Below, in pieces: positions 26,017-32,000 of a stretch of DNA of 32,000 nt; the first letter of the stretch is position 1; each line of letters starts with the position of its first letter. Location: contig NC_009664.2 of NCBI RefSeq assembly GCF_000017305.1, positions 3,030,001-3,062,000 of the forward strand, given 5' to 3'. The notes under the pieces were generated by a model. The model searched no databases. It was not told the DNA's origin and worked only from the letters and a program-made list of their open reading frames with translations. Both the position numbers and the translations under genes were made by a program. The DNA is from Kineococcus radiotolerans SRS30216 = ATCC BAA-149 (GTDB lineage: Bacteria; Actinomycetota; Actinomycetes; Actinomycetales; Kineococcaceae).

Positions 26017-26421
26017 ATGAACCAGTCCTTGTCGATCTGGGAGCGCCGCCAGGCCGTCGCCTCTCGCCTCGAGGGCCACGCCCAGCAGGAGCAGGACGCG
26101 CTGGGCGAGCTCGCCACGGCGTTCGTCGACGCCCAGCTGAGCCTGGACGACGTGGACCCGCAGGGGTGCCTGCGGGCGGCCCTGGCCGCCGTCGTGCACG
26201 TCGCCGCGAGCCGGCCGGGGTTCAACCTCGTCCTCGGCGCCCTCGGGCACGGGGTCCGCGTGCAGACCGACGCCGACGGCGTCGTGCGGCTGAGCGCGGT
26301 GGCCGTGGCGGCGGGCGAGCCCGAGCCCCCCGCCCCCGAACCCCCCGCTCCCTCCGCCCAGGCCGCGCAGGCCGCGCAGGCCGTGGCCTCCGAGCTCGCC
26401 TCGCTGCTCTGGCAGCGCTGA
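26017..26421 (+). CDS. Hypothetical protein (134 aa), no family recognised
   Basis: ATG 26017 in ORF 25996..26421, with SD GGGGAGG 5 nt upstream. Codon position 3 is strongly G/C. The protein is acidic and helical-looking, with a PEPPAPEPPAP / AQAAQAAQA tail. Confidence 0.55.
   Translation: MNQSLSIWERRQAVASRLEGHAQQEQDALGELATAFVDAQLSLDDVDPQGCLRAALAAVVHVAASRPGFNLVLGALGHGVRVQTDADGVVRLSAVAVAAGEPEPPAPEPPAPSAQAAQAAQAVASELASLLWQR
26359..26385 (+). repeat. 3 x 9-bp tandem repeat (caggccgcg caggccgcg caggccgtg) encoding QAAQAAQAV
   Basis: Read directly from the sequence, inside the hypothetical CDS. Confidence 0.85.
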
Positions 26422-26600
26422 CCCTCCCCGGGTTCCCGGCCCCGGTCCCTTTTCGGTACCGGAGATCACGCTTTCAGCCCCTCACGGCGGGTCCGCCGCC
26501 CGACGACACCTCTACCGACGCCGGACACCTTCCGGCAGCACGTCACAGCTGACTGCCCGTGCGACGCCCGACGGGTGTGCACGTCGGAAGAGGAGACCGC

Positions 26601-28802
26601 ATGACCTTCCTGCTGCGTCGCGTCCGGGTGGGCGCACGCTTCGCCATCGCGTTCGGGGTGATCCTGGCGCTCACCCTCGCCATGGGCGCCGTCGCGTTCC
26701 TCGGGAGCCGGGAGCAGTCCAAAGCGCTCCAGCAGGCCCAGGACGCCGCCGAGCTCGTCCAGTACGTCACCGAGCAGAAGTACTACGACGCCGACATCAT
26801 CGGCTGGCAGTCCGGCTACGCGCTGGACACCTACCGCCTCGGCGTCGACGCGGCCCTGGCCGACGACAACGTCAACCGCGCCGGCTACCTCGCCGTCCGC
26901 TCCACGCTCGTCGCGGCCCTCCAGAACGCCCCCCTCGAGCTGATGACCGCCCAGGAGCGGACCCTCAACGCCGAGCTCATCGGCCTGTGGGACCAGTTCA
27001 TCGACTTCGACAACCGCGCCGTCGTCGCCTACCGCGACGGCCGCACCGCCGACGCCGAGAAGCACCTCGACGAGGGCGGCTTCCCCGTCTACCAGGCGAT
27101 CCTCGCCGAGATGGACCGCTTCGAGGCCTCCGTCGAGGACCGCAACGCCGCCGCCCAGGCCCGCGCCGTGCGCGTCGCCGAGACCGCGGAACTGCTCATC
27201 GTCGTCTTCTCCGTCCTCGCCGTCGTGCTCGTGGCCCTCATGCTGCTCGCCCTCATCCGCACCGTCGTCGTGCCGCTGCGCGCCCTGACCGCCCGCGCCG
27301 AGGAGGTCGCCTCCGAGCGCCTGCCCGAGGCCATCGGCCAGATCCGCGTCCTGGCCGCCGACGGCACGCCCCCGACGCTGCCGGCCTTCGAGGTCAGCAC
27401 GAAGGACGAGCTCGCCGCCCTCGCCGTGGCGTTCAACCACGTCCAGGACAGCGCCCTCGACCTCGCCGTCGAGCAGCACCGCAACGAGGTCGCCGCCGCC
27501 GAGATGCTCGTCAACCTCGGCCGCCGCAACCAGAACCTGCTCACCCGCACCCTGGCCTTCCTCGCCGAGCTGGAGCGCGCCGAGCGCGACCCGCAGGTCC
27601 TGGACAAGCTGTTCCGCCTGGACCACCTCTCCACCCGCGTCCGCCGCAACGCCGAGTCGATGCTCGTCCTGGCCGGTGCGGAGCAGACCCGCACCAAGTC
27701 CCGCCCGGTGCCCGTCGCCGGTGTCGTCCGCGCCGCCCTGGCCGAGATCGAGGACTACCCGCGCGTCGACCTGACCGAGCTCGACGACGCGACCCTGCAC
27801 GGCAGCGCCGCCGCCGACGTCACCCACCTCCTGGCGGAGCTGCTGGAGAACGCGACCGCGTTCTCGCCCAGCACCACCCGCGTCGTGGTCAGCGGCACCC
27901 CCACCGTCGACGGCGGCTACGCCCTGAGCGTCACCGACTCCGGCGTCGGGATGAGCCCGGCCGACGTGGCGCTGGCCAACGAGCGGATCGCGAACGCCGC
28001 GACGTCCCGCCCGGACTCCCGCCTCCTCGGCCACCACGTGGTCGGGCTGCTCGCCGACCGCTGGACCATGTCCGTGACGCTGGCCCGCGGCGGCTCGGCC
28101 GACGCCCCCGTCGGGGTCGTCGCCACCGTCGCCCTGCCCGCCGCCCTCGTCGCGCTCGGCTCCCGCCCCGCGGCCGCCCCGGCCGCCGCCCCCGTCGCGG
28201 CCCCCGTCGCCGCGGCCAGCGCCCCGGAGCCGGAGCTCGCCCTCGTCGGGGCCCCCGCCCGGGCGGAGGCCGTCGTCGAGCCCGTCGTCGAGCCCGTCGC
28301 CCCGGCGGCCCCCGCGGTCGAGGTCGCCCCGGCGGCCCCGGTCGTCGCGGTCCCGGCGGCTCCCGTCGCCCCGGCCCCCGTCGCGGCGGCTCCGGTCGCC
28401 CCGGCCCCGGTCGCCCCGGCCCCGGTGGCCCCGGCCCCCGTGGTCCCGGTCCCGGCCGTGGCCCCGCTGACGCCCTCCTCCCCGGTGTCCCGCACCGGGG
28501 GCGGCGTCCCCTCGGCCCGCGTCCGCGGCGCCCAGCTCGCCGACCTCGGCCGCGACCTCGGCCGCACCGCCGACGCCGGCACCGGCCCGCAGGTCGCCTC
28601 CCCGCCCGCCGACCTGCCCGCCGTGCCCACCCGGGTCCGCGGCGCGCAGCTGCCCGACACGGGCGACCTGACCGCGGCCACGGCCGCCACCTCCCGCAGC
28701 GCCGAGGACGTCCGTCGCGGGCTCTCCGGCCTGCAGAGCGGCGTCGCCCGCGCCCGTCGCGACGCCGCCGACACCACCCCGTCCACCCCCGAGAGCGAGT
28801 GA
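26601..28802 (+). CDS. cvnA: Conservon CvnA-type membrane sensor, histidine kinase-like ATPase
   Basis: ATG 26601 in ORF 26559..28802, with SD GAGGAG upstream. The order is TM1, a roughly 170-aa helical extracytoplasmic domain, TM2 (LLIVVFSVLAVVLVALMLLALI) and a HAMP-like linker. Then come the H-box-like FRLDHLSTRVRRNAESMLVLAG, the HATPase N box LLAELLENA and the G box DSGVGM. A roughly 220-aa Pro/Ala-rich tail follows. Confidence 0.9.
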   Translation: MTFLLRRVRVGARFAIAFGVILALTLAMGAVAFLGSREQSKALQQAQDAAELVQYVTEQKYYDADIIGWQSGYALDTYRLGVDAALADDNVNRAGYLAVRSTLVAALQNAPLELMTAQERTLNAELIGLWDQFIDFDNRAVVAYRDGRTADAEKHLDEGGFPVYQAILAEMDRFEASVEDRNAAAQARAVRVAETAELLIVVFSVLAVVLVALMLLALIRTVVVPLRALTARAEEVASERLPEAIGQIRVLAADGTPPTLPAFEVSTKDELAALAVAFNHVQDSALDLAVEQHRNEVAAAEMLVNLGRRNQNLLTRTLAFLAELERAERDPQVLDKLFRLDHLSTRVRRNAESMLVLAGAEQTRTKSRPVPVAGVVRAALAEIEDYPRVDLTELDDATLHGSAAADVTHLLAELLENATAFSPSTTRVVVSGTPTVDGGYALSVTDSGVGMSPADVALANERIANAATSRPDSRLLGHHVVGLLADRWTMSVTLARGGSADAPVGVVATVALPAALVALGSRPAAAPAAAPVAAPVAAASAPEPELALVGAPARAEAVVEPVVEPVAPAAPAVEVAPAAPVVAVPAAPVAPAPVAAAPVAPAPVAPAPVAPAPVVPVPAVAPLTPSSPVSRTGGGVPSARVRGAQLADLGRDLGRTADAGTGPQVASPPADLPAVPTRVRGAQLPDTGDLTAATAATSRSAEDVRRGLSGLQSGVARARRDAADTTPSTPESE
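28365..28454 (+). repeat. About 6 tandem copies of a 15-bp unit (gtcgccccggccccg) encoding (PVAPA)n in the CvnA tail
   Basis: The units start at 28365, 28380, 28395, 28410, 28425 and 28440. The two central copies are identical. Confidence 0.85.
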
Positions 28803-28806
28803 ACCC

Positions 28807-29235
28807 GTGAGCACCAGCACCGTCAGCCAGACCGCGCAGGACGTCAACTTCCTGCTGGAACGCTTCGTCGCCCAGACCCCCGGGGTGGAACAGGCCATCG
28901 GGGTCTCCTCCGACGGGCTGCTCATGACCATGCGCGCCGACCTCGAGCGCGCCGACGCCGACAAGCTGGCGGCGACGGTCTCGGGCCTGACCACCCTCGC
29001 GGTGTCCGCGTCGCGGCTGCTGCACAAGGGGCCGCTGAGCCAGGTCATCACCGAGTTCGGCGAGGGCTACCTCCTGGTGTCCTCCATCGCCGGCCGCGCC
29101 TGCCTCGGCGTCGTCACCGCCGCCGACTGCGACCTCGGTCTCGTCGGCTACGAGACGACCATGCTCGTGGAGCGGGTCGGGGCGCTGCTGACCCCCGAGC
29201 TCATCACCGAGCTGAAGACGTCCCTGCAGCTGTGA
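28807..29235 (+). CDS. cvnB: Roadblock/LC7 (MglB-like) domain protein, conservon CvnB
   Basis: ORF track 28807..29235 (142 aa), GTG 4 nt after the cvnA stop. It has LLERFVAQTPGVEQAIGVSSDGLLM...GYLLVSSI, typical of Robl_LC7. Confidence 0.9.
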   Translation: MSTSTVSQTAQDVNFLLERFVAQTPGVEQAIGVSSDGLLMTMRADLERADADKLAATVSGLTTLAVSASRLLHKGPLSQVITEFGEGYLLVSSIAGRACLGVVTAADCDLGLVGYETTMLVERVGALLTPELITELKTSLQL

Positions 29236-29705
29236 GCCCCCTCGACGAGTTCGACGACGAGTTCGAGGAGTTCGACGAGTTCGACCGGCCCTTCCTCGGC
29301 AGCGGCGCGGCGGTCTCGACCACGCCCCCCGCCCCGGCGGGGGGCGACCCGGACGACGCCGAGGACGGGACCGGCGTCCGCGCCTACCTCCTCACCGGCG
29401 GCCGCACCGGGGGAGGGGCGGCGGGCATCGCGATGGAGACCACCGCCGTCGTGACCCCCCTCGGGGCGAGCGTCGCGGCCTCCCGGTCGCTGGCCTTCGA
29501 GCTGGGGCAGGTCCTGGACTCCTGCGCCGAGGCCCGTTCCGTGGCCGAGGTCGCCGCCCTGGTCGGCATCCCCCTGGGGGTCGCCCAGGTCCTGGTCGGC
29601 GACCTCGTCGCCCGGGAACTGCTCATCACGACGTCCACCGCGAAGTCCCTCGCGTTCGACGTCTCGTTCATCGAGAGGTTGATCAACGGTGTCGCTGCAC
29701 TCTGA
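29232..29705 (+). CDS. cvnC: DUF742 protein, conservon CvnC
   Basis: ORF track 29232..29705 (157 aa), with a GTGA overlap. It has VRAYLLTGGRT and the C-terminal wHTH-like SVAEVAALVGIPLGVAQVLVGDLVARELL. Confidence 0.85.
   Translation: MSPLDEFDDEFEEFDEFDRPFLGSGAAVSTTPPAPAGGDPDDAEDGTGVRAYLLTGGRTGGGAAGIAMETTAVVTPLGASVAASRSLAFELGQVLDSCAEARSVAEVAALVGIPLGVAQVLVGDLVARELLITTSTAKSLAFDVSFIERLINGVAAL
29244..29285 (+). repeat. Short tandem gagttcgac-type repeats encoding DEFDDEFEEFDEFD at the CvnC N-terminus
   Basis: Read directly from the sequence: gacgagttcgac gacgagttcgag gagttcgac gagttcgac. Confidence 0.8.
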
Positions 29706-30300
29706 AACCGCCAGCCCCCCGGTGGCCCCCGCGGCCCCGGTGAAGCGTCCCCCCATCCCGGTGAAGATCCTCGTCTCCGGGGGGTTCGGGGTCGGCAAGA
29801 CGACGACGGTCGGTGCCCTGTCGGAGATCGAGCCGCTGAGCACCGAGGCCGCCATGACCTCGGCGTCGGTGGGCGTCGACTACGCCGGCGAGGCCAGCGA
29901 GAAGACCACCACGACCGTGGCGATGGACTTCGGGCGCGTCACGATCGACGACAGCATCATCCTGTACATGTTCGGCACCCCCGGGCAGGACCGGTTCGGG
30001 TTCATGTGGAACGACCTCGCCGACGGGGCCCTCGGCGGGATCGTCCTGGTGGACCCCAGCCGGATCGACGACTGCTTCGTGGCGCTGGACTACTTCGAGA
30101 AGATCGGCCTGCCGTTCGTGCTGGCCGTCAACTCCTTCGCGAACCGCAGCCAGCTCACCCTGGACCAGGTCCGCGCCGCCGCCAACGTCGACCCGGCCGT
30201 CCCCGTGGTCGCCGTCGACGCCCGCCAGCGGGAGGACGTCAAGCAGGTCGTGCTGACCCTGCTGCAGCTGATCCTGTCCCGCGCCCGGTCCGCGGCGTAG
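29689..30300 (+). CDS. cvnD: Small P-loop GTPase (MglA/Ras-like 'ATP/GTP-binding protein'), conservon CvnD
   Basis: ORF track 29689..30300 (203 aa), GTG overlapping cvnC by 17 nt. It has G1 GGFGVGKTT and G3 FGTPGQDRF. Confidence 0.9.
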   Translation: MSLHSETASPPVAPAAPVKRPPIPVKILVSGGFGVGKTTTVGALSEIEPLSTEAAMTSASVGVDYAGEASEKTTTTVAMDFGRVTIDDSIILYMFGTPGQDRFGFMWNDLADGALGGIVLVDPSRIDDCFVALDYFEKIGLPFVLAVNSFANRSQLTLDQVRAAANVDPAVPVVAVDARQREDVKQVVLTLLQLILSRARSAA

Positions 30301-30323
30301 GGCGTTCCCCCAGAGCCCGGCCC

Positions 30324-30378
30324 GGCCCACCGGTCCCCGCCCGCGTCGACGCCGTCGGCGCGCGGGGACCGGTGGGCC
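30324..30378. terminator. Perfect 17-bp-stem hairpin between convergent cvnD and the metallopeptidase gene (bidirectional terminator candidate)
   Basis: ggcccaccggtccccgc (30324..30340) is the exact reverse complement of gcggggaccggtgggcc (30362..30378). The loop is 21 nt and there is no U tract. Confidence 0.6.
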
Positions 30379-30394
30379 TCCGTCGTGGGGCGCC

Positions 30395-30829
30395 CTACTC
30401 GCCGTAGCGGGGGTCGACGTCCTCGGGGGGCAGGTCGAGCAGGTGGGCGACCTGCTCCACGACGACGTCGGCCACCAGGTCGTCGAGGTCCTCCCCGTCG
30501 GCGCGGGTCTCCAGCGGCCGCCGGTACAGCACGACCCGGGCCGGGCGGTCGCCGTGGGCGGGGAACAGCCGGCCCAGCGGGACGACGTCGTCCTCCCAGG
30601 GGGCCGGGTCCGAGGGCGGGACGTCCTCGACCGCGAACTCCACCCCGGCCAGCTGCTCGGCCCAGCGGCGCTCCAGCAGCTCCACGGCGTCGAGGACCAG
30701 GTCGTCGAAGCGCTCGGAGCGCGTGCGCGCCGCCGGCAGCGACGCGGGCAGCAGGGGGCCGCGCAGGCCGCGACCGTGGCGGTCGCGGCGTCGGCGTGGA
30801 CGGGTCGGCACCCGGCGTCGGAGGACCAC
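30395..30829 (-). CDS. Metallopeptidase-family protein (DUF1025-like; cf. Rv3259)
   Basis: This is the C-terminal part of ORF 30395..30928. GTG 30829 was chosen because of a TANNNT box 6 nt upstream; alternatives are GTG 30811 or ATG 30928. RGPLLPASLPAARTRSERFDDLVLDAVE...VVLYRRPLE...VVVEQVAHLLDL parallels Rv3259 as I recall it. Confidence 0.75.
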   Translation of the reverse strand: MVLRRRVPTRPRRRRDRHGRGLRGPLLPASLPAARTRSERFDDLVLDAVELLERRWAEQLAGVEFAVEDVPPSDPAPWEDDVVPLGRLFPAHGDRPARVVLYRRPLETRADGEDLDDLVADVVVEQVAHLLDLPPEDVDPRYGE

Positions 30830-30835
30830 CGGGCG

Positions 30836-30841
30836 AGAGTA
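30836..30841 (-). promoter_or_regulatory. -10-like hexamer TACTCT, 6 nt upstream of GTG 30829 (leaderless candidate)
   Basis: The minus strand reads TACTCT-cgcccg-GTG. Confidence 0.4.
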
Positions 30842-30966
30842 CCCACGGCGGCGCGCCGGGGCACCGCGCGACCGCCCCGCGCGGGGCGCGGCGGGACCCC
30901 GCCGCGCCGGGCCCCGACCGGGCGACACGATCCCGCGCGTGGGGGGCTCCGCGGGGGCCGGAGGGG

Positions 30967-30972
30967 TAGCGT
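30967..30972 (+). promoter_or_regulatory. -10-like hexamer TAGCGT, 6 nt upstream of GTG 30979 (leaderless candidate)
   Basis: The sequence reads TAGCGT-gcgcgc-GTG. Confidence 0.45.
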
Positions 30973-30978
30973 GCGCGC

Positions 30979-31380
30979 GTGAGCTCCCGCACCCCTGGAA
31001 CGAACGCCTCCCGCCCCGGAGCCGGTCGCTCCACCGCCCCCAGCGCCCGGCGCTGCTCGCGCACGGCCTGCGGGCGCCCCGCGGTCGCGACGCTCACGTA
31101 CGTGTACTCCGACTCCACGGCCGTCCTCGGCCCGCTGGCGACCTTCGCCGAACCCCACTGCTACGACCTGTGCGCCGAGCACGCCGACCGCCTCACCGCC
31201 CCCCGCGGCTGGGAGGTCGTGCGCCTGGCCCCCGACCTCGTCGAGGCCGCCCGCCAGCACGACGACCTCCTCGCCGTCGCCGAGGCCGTGCGCGACCGCC
31301 CCGGCGCGCCCGGGCGCGGCATCGACCCCGACGCCCCCGCCGTCCGCCGCGGGCACCTGCGGGTCCTGCGCGAGAGCTGA
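30979..31380 (+). CDS. DUF3499-family protein (cf. Rv3258c)
   Basis: ORF track 30979..31380 (133 aa). RRCSRTACGRPAVATLTYVYSDSTAVLGPLATFAEPHCYDLCAEHADRLTAPRGWEVVRL is the characteristic Cys-containing core of this actinobacterial family. Confidence 0.8.
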   Translation: MSSRTPGTNASRPGAGRSTAPSARRCSRTACGRPAVATLTYVYSDSTAVLGPLATFAEPHCYDLCAEHADRLTAPRGWEVVRLAPDLVEAARQHDDLLAVAEAVRDRPGAPGRGIDPDAPAVRRGHLRVLRES

Positions 31381-31487
31381 GCCGGGTCCACCGGGCCCCT
31401 CCCCGGGCCGGTCCGGGCCGGTCCGCGGGCGGGCGACGTCGTGCCGCGGGTTCCTCAACCGGGCTGCCGCGCTGCCGATGGAGCCCC

Positions 31488-31757
31488 GTGCCCGCAGCCA
31501 ACGCGCCCCGCGCCTCCCGTCGCCCCCGCGCCACCCGCACCGCCCCGCCGCTGGGCTCGCTGACCCAGGCCGCCCACCGCGAGACGGTCACCTGCGGGCC
31601 CTGCGGCAGCGAGCGCGTCACGCAGCTGTCGATGTCGCTGACCGACGGCACCCCCGTCCGGTTCGTCTCCTGCCACGTCTGCGAGGAGCGCACCTGGACC
31701 TCCGACACCGGGCCGATCACCGTCGACGCCGTCCTGGACCGCACCCGCAAGCAGTAG
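31488..31757 (+). CDS. Small zinc-ribbon-like protein (89 aa), function unknown
   Basis: In-frame GTG 31488 at the tail of ORF 30723..31757, with GGAG 4 nt upstream. CGPCGS and CHVCEE form a CxxC...CxxC pair. Codon position 3 is high in G/C, whereas the competing frame 31478..31801 is Arg/Pro-rich junk. The start is uncertain. Confidence 0.5.
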   Translation: MPAANAPRASRRPRATRTAPPLGSLTQAAHRETVTCGPCGSERVTQLSMSLTDGTPVRFVSCHVCEERTWTSDTGPITVDAVLDRTRKQ

Positions 31758-31798
31758 TCCCCTCCCGCGACGGCTCACCCCGGACGGGGGTGCGCTTG

Positions 31799-31804
31799 TA
31801 GGCT
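31799..31804 (+). promoter_or_regulatory. -10-like hexamer TAGGCT, 7 nt upstream of GTG 31812 (leaderless candidate)
   Basis: The sequence reads TAGGCT-cgtgatc-GTG. Confidence 0.4.
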
Positions 31805-31811
31805 CGTGATC

Positions 31812-32000
31812 GTGACCGACCCCTCCGACGCCCCGCGCCGGCTCCCGTCCGTCGACCTCTCGGCCTTCATCAAGGCCTACGACGTGCGGGGCACCGTCCC
31901 CGACCAGCTCGACGCCGGCGTGGTGCGGGCCATCGGCGCCGCCTTCGCCGACGTCGTCGTCCTGCCCGAGGCCCCCGAGGGCCAGCCGCCGCGCGCCGTC
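31812..32000 (+). CDS. Phosphomannomutase/phosphoglucomutase, 5' fragment (continues past the window)
   Basis: My own translation from GTG 31812 is VTDPSDAPRRLPSVDLSAFIKAYDVRGTVPDQLDAGVVRAIGAAFADVVV... The motif IKAYDVRG is the hallmark N-terminus of alpha-D-phosphohexomutases. An alternative start is GTG 31806. Confidence 0.8.
   Translation, partial: MTDPSDAPRRLPSVDLSAFIKAYDVRGTVPDQLDAGVVRAIGAAFADVVVLPEAPEGQPPRAV

Noticed and set aside
28150-28470. Dense short repeats that could be mistaken for a CRISPR-like or intergenic repeat array
   Set aside because: The repeats are 15-bp in-frame units inside the cvnA reading frame, encoding Pro/Ala/Val low complexity. There are no spacers and no cas genes.
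26466-29051. An 861-aa minus-strand ORF antisense to cvnA, and 29683..31458 antisense to cvnD and neighbours
   Set aside because: These are low-complexity G/R/D/A-rich translations. The sense-strand genes have unambiguous conservon signatures and operon-style junctions.
30124-30144. CvnD has AVNSFAN where canonical small GTPases have the NKxD (G4) motif, a possible degenerate GTPase
   Set aside because: As far as I recall, conservon/MglA-like GTPases generally carry a non-canonical N-x-F-D/x segment here (for example VNCFD), so this is family-typical rather than a sign of inactivation.
1-32000. Looked for tRNA/rRNA genes, IS elements, integrases, toxin-antitoxin pairs, defence-system genes, CRISPR arrays and compositional islands
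   Set aside because: None were recognised. Composition looks uniformly GC-rich apart from short promoter-like patches, and every sizeable ORF with protein-like composition was assigned to housekeeping, transport, envelope or regulatory families.

Overview
This is a very GC-rich chromosomal window of actinobacterial type. It is densely coding, with about 34 CDSs, many joined by GTGA/ATGA-type start/stop overlaps. I saw no rRNA, tRNA, CRISPR array, IS element, integrase or prophage signal. All family calls rest on reading the supplied translations and on remembered family signatures; no searches were run.

Gene order, left to right:
- Envelope-sugar genes: a partial membrane protein, a DprE2-like reductase, an AEC transporter, then divergent galE and manA.
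- An AbrB-type membrane protein coupled to a TIGR03089-like protein.
- A four-gene membrane glycosylation cluster: polytopic GT-C-like protein, GT2 with two C-terminal TM helices, a GT4-methyltransferase fusion, and a flippase-like UPF0104 protein.
- A five-gene Dpp/Opp-type ABC importer.
- A small membrane protein and a ConA/GH16-like protein.
- A LysR regulator divergent from an EamA exporter coupled to an AlkA-like glycosylase.
- The minus-strand F420 genes cofD-cofE followed by a cyclase.
- whiB, with a clear promoter and flanking inverted repeat, then an orphan protein.
- A complete conservon (cvnA-D type: sensor kinase-like, Roadblock, DUF742, small GTPase).
- A metallopeptidase-family gene, a DUF3499 gene, a small zinc-ribbon ORF and the start of a phosphomannomutase.

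The whiB/cofD/cofE/manA/pmm/TIGR03089 genes recall the conserved whiB2 neighbourhood of M. tuberculosis (Rv3255c-Rv3268, from memory), but here it is rearranged and interrupted.

The two best candidates for a poorly understood system are the conservon inserted next to whiB and the GT-C/GT2/GT4-MT/flippase-like cluster. Both belong to known families, so I do not claim a wholly new system.

A recurring sequence-level signal is a TANNNT hexamer 6-8 nt upstream of eight start codons, which suggests leaderless transcripts.
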